Origin: a virus
Taxonomy: Duplodnaviria; Caudoviricetes
Virus record (IMG/VR): IMGVR_UViG_3300037504_000748
Coordinates: 1-59,722 of that record
Reading direction: 5' to 3' (one strand)
DNA length: 59,722 nt
Shown here: piece after piece, positions 15,182 to 23,759 of the stretch
Numbering within the stretch: position 1 is the stretch's first letter
How the letters are laid out: each line of letters starts with the position of its first letter
Position numbers and translations under genes: made by a program
Notes under the pieces: model-generated
What the model was told of the DNA's origin: nothing
Databases searched by the model: none
Seen by the model: the letters and a program-made list of their open reading frames with translations, nothing else

Positions 15182-16291
15182 ATGACCCTTTTCAATGAGG
15201 CAACCCCAATCTCCCTTGACGCTTTGATGGTAGAAGGGGAGCAGATGACAGCGATGGAAGTATTTTCCATGTGTCGTCTGGATGAATACACGCAATCAGC
15301 TATCACAACCTGTATGCGTTGCGATATGAAGTTTTTCTTGCGCTACATACTGGGGATCACTCCCAGAGGTTTCAATAAGAATTTCCTTGTAGGCAAGATG
15401 GTACACAAATTCTTTGAGCTCTCTCTCGTCCCTCTCGTCAACGGTGAAAACATTGCGCCTGTCCTTCAGAAAGCAATGTTCAAATGGGACAAGATGATTG
15501 AGAAGATTCTCGAAGATAGCGATCTAGTAGGCGGCAACGATATGCACGCCCTCAATTACGCCCGCGCACAATCCACTGCAATGTGTCGGGCATGGCTAAC
15601 TCTCCACGGGGATGCTTTCGCCGACAAGTATGAAATCGTTTCCGTAGAACAGACTGTTCGTGCTACCGAAGACCCCAAATTCGAACACTTTATTTATCGC
15701 TGCGCAGGTCAGATGGACGGCGTACTGCGCGAGAAAGAAGATAAAGAAAAGTGGTGGTTGATAGAGCATAAGTCCCGTTCCCAAATCAACGCTCTCAATC
15801 AATTCGATCTCATGACCGACTTCCAGGCAAACTTCTATATTGCTTTGGCTGTCTTCCGTCTGGCCGAGTTCCTCCAGCAGTATTCTGATATCCAAGGTAC
15901 ATGGATGGGCTTTCTGTTCAATGCTATCAAGAAACCTCAACATCGTGTCAAGAAAGGCACCAACGATTACGAAGAGCTGGCCGGCCGTATGTACGAAGCA
16001 ATGCTCGGTGATCCTGACGGGTACTTTTTCCTTGATCGTGTATCGGTCGATATGGACACGGTTATTATGGCCATGACTGATGCCCGGCTCATGATCGATT
16101 ACATCAACTCCATGGTACCGGAGAAAGTCATTCGCCGCACTACTGCATGCGCTGACTACGCAGGATGCGAATATAAGCCCCTTTGCCAACACGGTGCAGT
16201 AGCTGTCGATCTCGACTCCATCATCTACAATCCTAACATCAACCTCTATCAGGGTAAAGCTGCTCACGAAGAGCTCAAGGAGGAAACATGA
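15182..16291 (+). CDS. PD-(D/E)XK exonuclease (Cas4/RecB-like recombination nuclease)
   Basis: C..KF, G..VH, E, GQMDG, IEHKS, Q...Y, C-terminal C....C.Y..LC. Confidence 0.8.
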   Translation: MTLFNEATPISLDALMVEGEQMTAMEVFSMCRLDEYTQSAITTCMRCDMKFFLRYILGITPRGFNKNFLVGKMVHKFFELSLVPLVNGENIAPVLQKAMFKWDKMIEKILEDSDLVGGNDMHALNYARAQSTAMCRAWLTLHGDAFADKYEIVSVEQTVRATEDPKFEHFIYRCAGQMDGVLREKEDKEKWWLIEHKSRSQINALNQFDLMTDFQANFYIALAVFRLAEFLQQYSDIQGTWMGFLFNAIKKPQHRVKKGTNDYEELAGRMYEAMLGDPDGYFFLDRVSVDMDTVIMAMTDARLMIDYINSMVPEKVIRRTTACADYAGCEYKPLCQHGAVAVDLDSIIYNPNINLYQGKAAHEELKEET

Positions 16292-17187
16292 ACAATCAAA
16301 TCGGTGACCCTGCTCCCGAACCTAAATCACAGGAAGAGCAGCTGCTCATAGCCGTCCTGCCCGGTAAGCCGCGTCCCCCTAAAAAGCATCTCGAAGGTGG
16401 TGTCTTCTGGTTATACGGCGACATGAAGATCGGTAAAACGACTCTCGCCTCTCGCTTCGATGGTGTGTGGTTTCTGGCTACTGAGAAGGGCCAAGACTTT
16501 GTCAAATGCCGCGAGCCAACGGTCATCACTTCTTGGGCCGGCTTCGTCAAGCTGGTGCACGTCCTCTGCACAACCAAGCCCGAGAAGTTCGCTGACGGAG
16601 AACCGATCAAATGGATCGCCATCGACGTTTACGGTGATCTGTATCGTATGTGCATGGAGCATACGAATCATAGCCTCGGTGTCGAAGACCCTTCAGAACT
16701 CGGACATGGTAAGGGATGGTCGCGTTTGCGCAACCACTTCTTCCAAACCATGAACAGGCTGCGCCGTGAAACCCCCTACGGCATCATCCTCATCGATCAC
16801 CGCAGAATTACGCAATTCGAAGCTGCAGGTAAAAAACAAAATCGTATAGAGCCAAGCGTAGGCGCTGCGGGTTACGATTGGGCAAAGAAGAACGCCGATC
16901 TCATCGCATACGCTGCGATTACCCAGGTCGCTGAACGAGTCGACGGTCAGCCTACGGGAAACATACTCGAGAAGCGAGTTCTCTACACCCATCCCAATAT
17001 CTCATTGGTGGCTGGTGGACGCTTTCATGAAGCACTTCCCGCCGTCATTGACCTCTCTTCTGACCTCGTTCTGGATAAGCTCCAGAATCGCGAACTCAAG
17101 GAAGAGAAACTTCAAAGCGACTCCCTCGAAGAGGCAAACATCCGCGCGCCTACTGTTGACGGAGAAGCTGCGAGCGAACTCGGGTAA
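16288..17187 (+). CDS. Sak4-like AAA ATPase (single-strand annealing protein)
   Basis: YGDMKIGKTT, TEKG, IAID, HGKGW; sits between the exonuclease and SSB genes. Confidence 0.8.
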   Translation: MNNQIGDPAPEPKSQEEQLLIAVLPGKPRPPKKHLEGGVFWLYGDMKIGKTTLASRFDGVWFLATEKGQDFVKCREPTVITSWAGFVKLVHVLCTTKPEKFADGEPIKWIAIDVYGDLYRMCMEHTNHSLGVEDPSELGHGKGWSRLRNHFFQTMNRLRRETPYGIILIDHRRITQFEAAGKKQNRIEPSVGAAGYDWAKKNADLIAYAAITQVAERVDGQPTGNILEKRVLYTHPNISLVAGGRFHEALPAVIDLSSDLVLDKLQNRELKEEKLQSDSLEEANIRAPTVDGEAASELG

Positions 17188-17243
17188 GCCCGCGCCCGGT
17201 TCGTCCTGTTAGGGCAATCACAGAAACAGACAAGGAGCTCACT

Positions 17244-17756
17244 ATGTCTGAAGGAAAAGACCCCCTCAACGATGACAACCTCGAAGGTGTCGATATGGGG
17301 TTGATGCCGGACGGCGCCAACGACGATCTCGACGGCCTGGATGATGTCTGGGGAGCTGGTCAAGAGCAGGTAGCCAAGGGCGAACCCCTCGGCACCTTCC
17401 GCGTCCAGATCGAGAAGGCTACCGTCGGCCGTTCCAACAGTTCGGGTCGTCTCCAGATCCATTACGAACTGACGGTCTGCGGCGAGCATGAATCCGCAGG
17501 TATTACCCTGCACAAGTACGATGGACTGGGCACGCCCCAGCAGGCCTCGATTACCCAGCGCCAGCTGGCCGCTCTCGGTGTCAACACCGGGCAGGTCAAT
17601 GGCAAGCAGCTGCCAGGCGTACTGCTGGCTCTGCAGGGTTCCGTGGTTGAAGTCATGGCCCGGAAAAACGGCGACTTCTACAACATCTACTTCCAGAAGG
17701 TGATCAACACCGAAGCGGACGGCATTGCTGCTGACGCCGGTGAGCCTCCCTTCTGA
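17244..17756 (+). CDS. Single-stranded DNA-binding protein (DUF669-like)
   Basis: PLGTFRVQIEKA...SSGR pattern, acidic tail ending PPF, follows the Sak4-like gene. Confidence 0.7.
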   Translation: MSEGKDPLNDDNLEGVDMGLMPDGANDDLDGLDDVWGAGQEQVAKGEPLGTFRVQIEKATVGRSNSSGRLQIHYELTVCGEHESAGITLHKYDGLGTPQQASITQRQLAALGVNTGQVNGKQLPGVLLALQGSVVEVMARKNGDFYNIYFQKVINTEADGIAADAGEPPF

Positions 17757-17763
17757 TCAGCCC

Positions 17764-17793
17764 CCTCCCCTAAGGAACCAACCTTAGGGGAGG
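17764..17793 (+). terminator. Stem-loop after the SSB gene
   Basis: CCTCCCCTAAGG-loop-CCTTAGGGGAGG; only a weak T tract. Confidence 0.5.
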
Positions 17794-17814
17794 TCCTTCC
17801 AGCGCGGATTCCAC

Positions 17815-20751
17815 ATGGACAATGATAGCCATTTACTCGACCTCGAACAAGGTTTCATGGTCGAGTTCACTCGCCCCAATCAAAACGTATATTGCCCGCA
17901 CTGTGAGACGGAAGGTGAGTCCAAATCCCCTTCCTGTTCTGCGAACATCAACGGTTACTATCGATGTCAGTCATGCGGCAAACGTGGATACGTAACACAG
18001 TTCTACGCCGCTAAGATGGGTATCTCTACGCGGGAAGCAAGAGATAAACTCCTTATCCGCGATGCCCACCGTAGAAACGCATTGACAAACTGCCTTCGTG
18101 ATCTGGAATACGAACTCAGAGAACGTAAAAGCAAGTCATCGTTATCTACTGACGTAGTAAATGACACGGCACAGATACTCCGGACACATGCCAAGTGGCT
18201 TCCTTATCTCGTTGAGGAACGCTGCCTGACTACAGATACCATCGTCCAGTTCGATCTCGGCGCTGATGAGTATCGCATTACAATCCCTGTGTATGATGAA
18301 GACATGGACGTGCGTACTATCCGGCGCTACGACCCAAATTGTGCCGATCAGAAGATGGTCAACCATATTCTCGGGGACAACACCCCTTCTCTCTACCCCC
18401 TGCAACGTTACGACGAAATCGCAAACGGAGACACAGTCATTATCTGTGAAGGTGAATTCGATTGCATGATGCTCTGGCAGGCGGGTTTCAAAGCACTCAC
18501 CAATACTGGCAATGCAGGGGTATGGTTACCCGAGTGGACAGAGAAATTGATGAGTGATCTTCCCCGCTGCAACTTCATCATTATCTTTGATGTCCATGAC
18601 AAGAAGATGGACTACGGCCAACGCATGGCCAAGAAGGTAGCGAAGGACCTGGCCGCTGTCGGATTGACCGTTAGTATCGCAGAACTGGATCTACCTACCG
18701 CCTATCGCGGAGGGGATATATCCGATTACTTCGCTAAGGAGAAGCGGACCTCTGAGGAACTGCAGCATTTGATTGATAATACTACGCCTATAAAGGCTTC
18801 AGATATTTCCCGCGAGGATATATATCCACCTGAATTAGAAGAAGAGGAGAGGAGTAGCAAAAAAGCTACAAAGACACCAATTTCATTTCAAACGCTTGCA
18901 AATGCTACGCACGCGCGTTACTACCACGAACCCATCCGAATCAAAGGTCTCGTAGCAGGTAAGCGGGTATCTCCCTATATCGTACCTAGTCGCTACACAG
19001 CAATCATCAAGACCTCTGAAGACGAATCAACGGTTGATAAAACGATTCGACCTACTGACGCTGTCGTGCTGCAGCTGCTTGATTGCTCAATCACAGCTCA
19101 AAAAGAAGTGCTTCGTCAGATGGTGGGTGCCCCTCGCGGCGCCGCAGTTCGTATCATGATTCACGACACAATGAATGTCGAGGAGATTTATCTTATCCCC
19201 GCAGTCGGTACAGATAGTGAGGAAGGTCCCTATGTCATGCGGACGGCCTACTACATCGGTCACGGTATCGCCACGAATCAGGTATATGAATTCCGGGGTA
19301 TTACTCTCCCTGACCCGCGTTCGCAAGCCGCGACCCATCTCCTCCACGTCGCGATCAAATCTGAAACAGAAATCGAAACCTTTCAGCTTGCACCTGACGA
19401 TGTAACTGAACTTCGTAGGACCTTCCACAGCCTTAATGTGATGGATAAGCTCGAGGAGATTGCAGATGATCTATCAGACCATGTTACACATATCTACGGC
19501 CGACGTGACTTGCATATTGCGATTGACCTTGCTTTCCACTCCGCTCAGGGAATCGTGTTCGATGATATACCTTTGCGAAAAGGATGGGTCGAATTACTAG
19601 TACTTGGTGACACTCGGACAGGTAAAGGATTTGTCACGGAAGGCCTCACTCGGTTCTATCGAGCGGGAGAGGTTGTTTCTGGCGAAAACGTATCACTAGC
19701 TGGTCTCATCGGCGGCCTTCAGAGAATCGGTGACAGATGGTCTCTTGTATGGGGCAAGATCCCCCTCAATGACAGACGACTTGTGGTTATCGATGAAGCC
19801 ACCGGTTTGGGTCATCAGGACATTGCCAGAATGTCCAGAATACGATCTGAAGGTATCGCAGAGATTACCAAGATCATCTCGGAGAAAACTACAGCTCGAA
19901 CTCGTCTCATATGGCTTGCAAATCCACGAGCTCACAATGATTCCACCCCCCGAATGATCGCAGACTACGATCACGGGGTCCAAGCGGTCGCGGAATTAGT
20001 TGGCGCCGCAGAAGACATCGCACGCTTCGACATGGTGCTCATTGTCGCACAGAACGAGGTCAATACAGATACTATCAACACGAAACATGTCAGCTCTAAA
20101 GCCCAGAAATACACGCAACCGTTATGCCAGAAGCTTCTTGCCTGGGCGTGGTCACGTAAGCCTGATCAGATCACTTTCACATCGTCTGCGCAGGCCACTA
20201 TCCTCAAGGCAGCTATAGCTCTCGGTCACCAGTTTAGTCCCCACGTTTGCCTCATCCAATCAGAAGATGTCCGCTTCAAGATCGTCCGCATCGCTACAGC
20301 GGCTGCCATGCGTACTTTTTCTGCATCAGAAAATGGCGAAGAAGTTGTCGTCGATGAATACCATGTGACGTTCGCTTACAACTTCCTTCATTACATCTAT
20401 TCGAAACCCTGTTGTGGCTACAGCAATCTCTCTGCTATTCACAAAGAGAGGGCTACTCTTCGTGATCCGAAGCTTGTGTTTCACACGCTGAAGAAGGCAG
20501 TCCAGATGTCTAACAACCAGACGAATATGATGGACCTTATCGACGGTTTACTCGAGCATCGCAAGCTCACCGGAACTGACTTAGCTGACTTCACAGGTAT
20601 TGATACTTTCCAAATCCGCACAATCATTTCCGACCTCGTGCGCTCACGTGCTCTTATCAAAGAGCACTCCTACTACATCAAGAAACCCGCATTCAAAACA
20701 TTTCTCAGCGCCCTGAAAGCTCGCTTATCGAATGAAGGAGTCACAACATGA
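17815..20751 (+). CDS. Primase-helicase: Zn finger + TOPRIM primase + MCM-like AAA+ helicase
   Basis: CPHC...CQSC; ICEGEFD, FDVHD, GDISD; GDTRTGKG Walker A, LVVIDE Walker B, ANP, ARFD arginine finger. Confidence 0.85.
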   Translation: MDNDSHLLDLEQGFMVEFTRPNQNVYCPHCETEGESKSPSCSANINGYYRCQSCGKRGYVTQFYAAKMGISTREARDKLLIRDAHRRNALTNCLRDLEYELRERKSKSSLSTDVVNDTAQILRTHAKWLPYLVEERCLTTDTIVQFDLGADEYRITIPVYDEDMDVRTIRRYDPNCADQKMVNHILGDNTPSLYPLQRYDEIANGDTVIICEGEFDCMMLWQAGFKALTNTGNAGVWLPEWTEKLMSDLPRCNFIIIFDVHDKKMDYGQRMAKKVAKDLAAVGLTVSIAELDLPTAYRGGDISDYFAKEKRTSEELQHLIDNTTPIKASDISREDIYPPELEEEERSSKKATKTPISFQTLANATHARYYHEPIRIKGLVAGKRVSPYIVPSRYTAIIKTSEDESTVDKTIRPTDAVVLQLLDCSITAQKEVLRQMVGAPRGAAVRIMIHDTMNVEEIYLIPAVGTDSEEGPYVMRTAYYIGHGIATNQVYEFRGITLPDPRSQAATHLLHVAIKSETEIETFQLAPDDVTELRRTFHSLNVMDKLEEIADDLSDHVTHIYGRRDLHIAIDLAFHSAQGIVFDDIPLRKGWVELLVLGDTRTGKGFVTEGLTRFYRAGEVVSGENVSLAGLIGGLQRIGDRWSLVWGKIPLNDRRLVVIDEATGLGHQDIARMSRIRSEGIAEITKIISEKTTARTRLIWLANPRAHNDSTPRMIADYDHGVQAVAELVGAAEDIARFDMVLIVAQNEVNTDTINTKHVSSKAQKYTQPLCQKLLAWAWSRKPDQITFTSSAQATILKAAIALGHQFSPHVCLIQSEDVRFKIVRIATAAAMRTFSASENGEEVVVDEYHVTFAYNFLHYIYSKPCCGYSNLSAIHKERATLRDPKLVFHTLKKAVQMSNNQTNMMDLIDGLLEHRKLTGTDLADFTGIDTFQIRTIISDLVRSRALIKEHSYYIKKPAFKTFLSALKARLSNEGVTT

Positions 20752-21470
20752 CCGAGAAACTCTATCGCATCGTCGAAATTTTCGACAGCGTCCAAGGCGA
20801 AGGACCTCAAGTAGGTATCCCGATGACTTTCGTTCGCTTCGCATGGTGCAACCGTGCTTGCGTATTCTGCGACACCCAATTCAACAAGCCGGCTTTTACA
20901 GGTACAGCCCGGCAGGTCGCGCAGATCATTGCCAACAGTAAACCTACCTGGGTCCTCTTTACAGGCGGCGAACCTCTAATGCAGCTCGATTGCCATCTTA
21001 TCGGTGCTGTCCGCCGTGCATGCGGCAAGAAGGTCAGGTTCGCCCTCGAAACTAACGGTTCACTATGGAATGATGTGTTGTACGACATGGACTTCATCAA
21101 CATCAGTCCTAAAGCTCATCCTATGGATGAGGACATTGCCTTCCATATCTCGAAACGTATCATCGATGCTGCCAAGGATCCCGCCGGGCTGGTCATCAAT
21201 TCCGTCCGCTATTCACTCGATAAGGAGGTCATCGGGGACCCTGAAACGTTCGAACCGATCGACATCAAGGCGGAATGTATCTGCTTCAGTCCTCTCTTCT
21301 TCCCGAAGGAAGAGCTGCCAGGGGGATGGAAGGTTGGTGACGGCTACGGTGCTCTCGAAGGTGATCCTGATGAGAAAGCTCTGAAGATTTGCACCCTGTT
21401 GGTACAGAAATTCAAGCTCAAAAACGCCCGGCTATCCCTCCAACAGCATAAGATAATGGGTGTGCGGTGA
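20748..21470 (+). CDS. queE: 7-carboxy-7-deazaguanine synthase (radical SAM)
   Basis: EIFDSVQGEG, FVRF, CNRACVFCDT, TGGEP, ETNG, SPK, RLSLQQHK. Confidence 0.95.
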   Translation: MTEKLYRIVEIFDSVQGEGPQVGIPMTFVRFAWCNRACVFCDTQFNKPAFTGTARQVAQIIANSKPTWVLFTGGEPLMQLDCHLIGAVRRACGKKVRFALETNGSLWNDVLYDMDFINISPKAHPMDEDIAFHISKRIIDAAKDPAGLVINSVRYSLDKEVIGDPETFEPIDIKAECICFSPLFFPKEELPGGWKVGDGYGALEGDPDEKALKICTLLVQKFKLKNARLSLQQHKIMGVR

Positions 21471-21489
21471 ATCGAAAGTATTCTGTACG

Positions 21490-21578
21490 GAATGCTACCG
21501 CATAAATCGCTTCAAAATTCAAGGGCATACTAATCCATAGCCCACCCGTAAATCTTCAGCCAATGCATATAGCATTTT
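21490..21578. repeat. ~88 bp dispersed element, copy A (inverted copy at 49561-49648)
   Basis: Reverse complement aligns with 49561-49648; TGCTA...TAGCA terminal inverted repeats. Confidence 0.6.
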
Positions 21579-21601
21579 GACTACATCGCAGGAGAATCTC
21601 A

Positions 21602-22294
21602 GTGAAACCAGGCAATGACAAGACAGATCCGAAACTCGGCCTCAAGGTACATGAAGCACTATCGAGGGAGGGTCTCGAAACACCTATGGTGCACCTCGAC
21701 AAGCGCATGGGGGCCCCTGAACAGCAGGATGCTATCCAAGGGGCCATGAAGCAGATGATGCATGCACTAAACCTGGATCTGAACGATCCTTCGCTAGTCG
21801 ATACACCCGGGCGCGTGTCCAAGATGTTTCTCAATGAGTTCTTCTACGGCCTCGACTATCATTATTTCCCTCGATGCACAACCGTTCCGAATACAATGTG
21901 TGATGATAGCACCGGGTTTGTAATCGAGCCAGGTATTTCAGTCAAATCGACGTGTGAGCACCACTTCGTTGTTATCGAAGGCGTTGCCTCTGTTGCCTAT
22001 ATCCCCGACAAGGTAATTCTCGGGCTTTCCAAACTCAACCGTATTGTGGACTTTTTCTCACGCCGTCCGCAAGTGCAGGAACGGTTGACAAGCCAGATTG
22101 CCTGCACGCTGCAAACGGTACTCGACACAAGTGATGTCGCTGTAATAATCGAAGCTGTGCACTATTGTGTGCGCCATAGGGGCGTAGAGGATCAGCACAG
22201 CTACACTCGTACCGCTTCTCTGCACGGAGCCTTTCGCCTGGGCCCTCTCCGTCAAGAGTTCCTCCAATGCGCCCAGACAGGACGGTTTCAATGA
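21602..22294 (+). CDS. folE: GTP cyclohydrolase I
   Basis: TPGRV, STCEHH, GLSKLNR, RPQVQERLT, HYCV..RG. Confidence 0.95.
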   Translation: MKPGNDKTDPKLGLKVHEALSREGLETPMVHLDKRMGAPEQQDAIQGAMKQMMHALNLDLNDPSLVDTPGRVSKMFLNEFFYGLDYHYFPRCTTVPNTMCDDSTGFVIEPGISVKSTCEHHFVVIEGVASVAYIPDKVILGLSKLNRIVDFFSRRPQVQERLTSQIACTLQTVLDTSDVAVIIEAVHYCVRHRGVEDQHSYTRTASLHGAFRLGPLRQEFLQCAQTGRFQ

Positions 22295-22905
22295 CTTTTT
22301 TTCATCCGCTGCTGCCGACTCATGTGATTCGAAGTTCGGCAATCGATCACGCACACAAGATGCTCTTGCCGATGATAGAATCGCAGCACCCACTGTATTT
22401 CTTTGTCGTATGCCAGGGCGGCCGGACGTATTGGAGCTGGCTTCGTGGGGCGCTAGAAACACTTCTCAAATACCACAATCGACCGGTGGACGACTATGAA
22501 CTGTCGTTCATTCGATCCGTGTCGTACGAGAATAATCAACCGCTATCAGACGATGCGTGCTATCTATCTTCCGACGCCGGCGCCTTGGAGCGAGCTAGTG
22601 CGAACCAGCATGCTTGGGTAGTGATCGTCGACGACATCTGTGAAAGCGGGCGCACTATCGCGCGCATAAAACGATACATGGCTCAATTCTATGTGCAACC
22701 GAGCTGTGCTATGACCCTGTTTTCAAGGCACACATCCGCAACTCCTATCGCCTTCAATGCCGACAACATCTCCCATGCAGTAGAGCATACTCGCGTCTTC
22801 TCCCCGTGGGTTGTTCAGCCTTCATTGTTCTTGGTCGGCTGCGGGCTGGACCACCGCAATAAGTACCGAGATCTTCCCTTCCTCGCTTATCTCAAGGAGC
22901 ACTAA
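22291..22905 (+). CDS. Type I phosphoribosyltransferase (HPRT/GPT-like)
   Basis: VCQGG, SY, VVIVDDICESGRTI PRPP-binding motif, FLVGCGLD...YRDLP; ATGA coupling to folE. Confidence 0.85.
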   Translation: MTFFHPLLPTHVIRSSAIDHAHKMLLPMIESQHPLYFFVVCQGGRTYWSWLRGALETLLKYHNRPVDDYELSFIRSVSYENNQPLSDDACYLSSDAGALERASANQHAWVVIVDDICESGRTIARIKRYMAQFYVQPSCAMTLFSRHTSATPIAFNADNISHAVEHTRVFSPWVVQPSLFLVGCGLDHRNKYRDLPFLAYLKEH

Positions 22906-23759
22906 TGCACTACGTCATGATCTGTAACGCAGGGTCCTTGCACACCCCTCTCGGGATGCTGTACCCCAACTTCCTCGCTCTCGCCCAGCTCTGGCACATC
23001 CCCGAATACCGCGCAGCTGTCAAACTCAAAGTCCAAATGGGGTGCTATGTCATCCTTGACAACGGCGCGCATGAAGAAGCTGATTTCGATATCGGCGACT
23101 TCATCGACATTGTTGACGAGCTACGCCCTCCTGAAGTCGTAATGATGGACAAGGGAGGCGAGCCCAGCGATGTTAGCTTCGACATGTCCGTTGAATGCCT
23201 CACCAAAATGCGTGAACGTATTCGCGACTATCATCCGCGCATCATGATATGCCCCCAAGGCAAAGATGCTGACGATGTGGTGAGAGGCTACGAGCACACC
23301 TACAACTATTTCCAGGAAGAGTATCACACAATCATCGTTGGTGTCGGAATGGGGTACATGCAGTTTGCCGCTAATGAAGAAGAGCTGCATCAAGAGAATA
23401 CTCGCCTGCGTCTCATGGACGAGCTGGTCAAGCTTCCTGTATGGCACAACTACGAACATCATATCCTAGGTGCGCGATGGGATTCAGGGCGTTCCAAAGA
23501 ATGGTACGCGCAGTATCCCGATGTTATTCGTTCTGTCGACACGGTGAAACCTTGCACGTGCGCCTTACATCGCATGAGCTACCCCCACAAGCCATCACCC
23601 AGCCGCATCGACCTCGGGGGCCTCTCCACAGACATCGATCAATTCTTGTGGTTCAACAATATCAACCGTTTCTGCAAGTCATACGGTATTGATCACCCTG
23701 AGTGCCCTGAACAACTTGAAGTATGTCTCAATCAACTTCAGAAATGGTTAGGGTTCTAA
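22905..23759 (+). CDS. TGT-fold transglycosylase-like protein (DpdA-like)
   Basis: VILDNGA, MMD, PQG, HILG, RSVDT match the order of TGT-superfamily motifs (DSG, D, QG, HLLG, S.D); located in a deazaguanine cluster. Confidence 0.65.
   Translation: MHYVMICNAGSLHTPLGMLYPNFLALAQLWHIPEYRAAVKLKVQMGCYVILDNGAHEEADFDIGDFIDIVDELRPPEVVMMDKGGEPSDVSFDMSVECLTKMRERIRDYHPRIMICPQGKDADDVVRGYEHTYNYFQEEYHTIIVGVGMGYMQFAANEEELHQENTRLRLMDELVKLPVWHNYEHHILGARWDSGRSKEWYAQYPDVIRSVDTVKPCTCALHRMSYPHKPSPSRIDLGGLSTDIDQFLWFNNINRFCKSYGIDHPECPEQLEVCLNQLQKWLGF

Noticed and set aside
15182-16291. Cas4 as part of a CRISPR system
   Set aside because: The context (Sak4-like ATPase, SSB) indicates a phage recombination exonuclease
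22905-23759. Canonical tRNA-guanine transglycosylase (tgt)
   Set aside because: It is shorter, lacks the C-terminal Zn-binding Cys motif, and is coupled to the DNA polymerase; it is kept only as TGT-fold/DpdA-like
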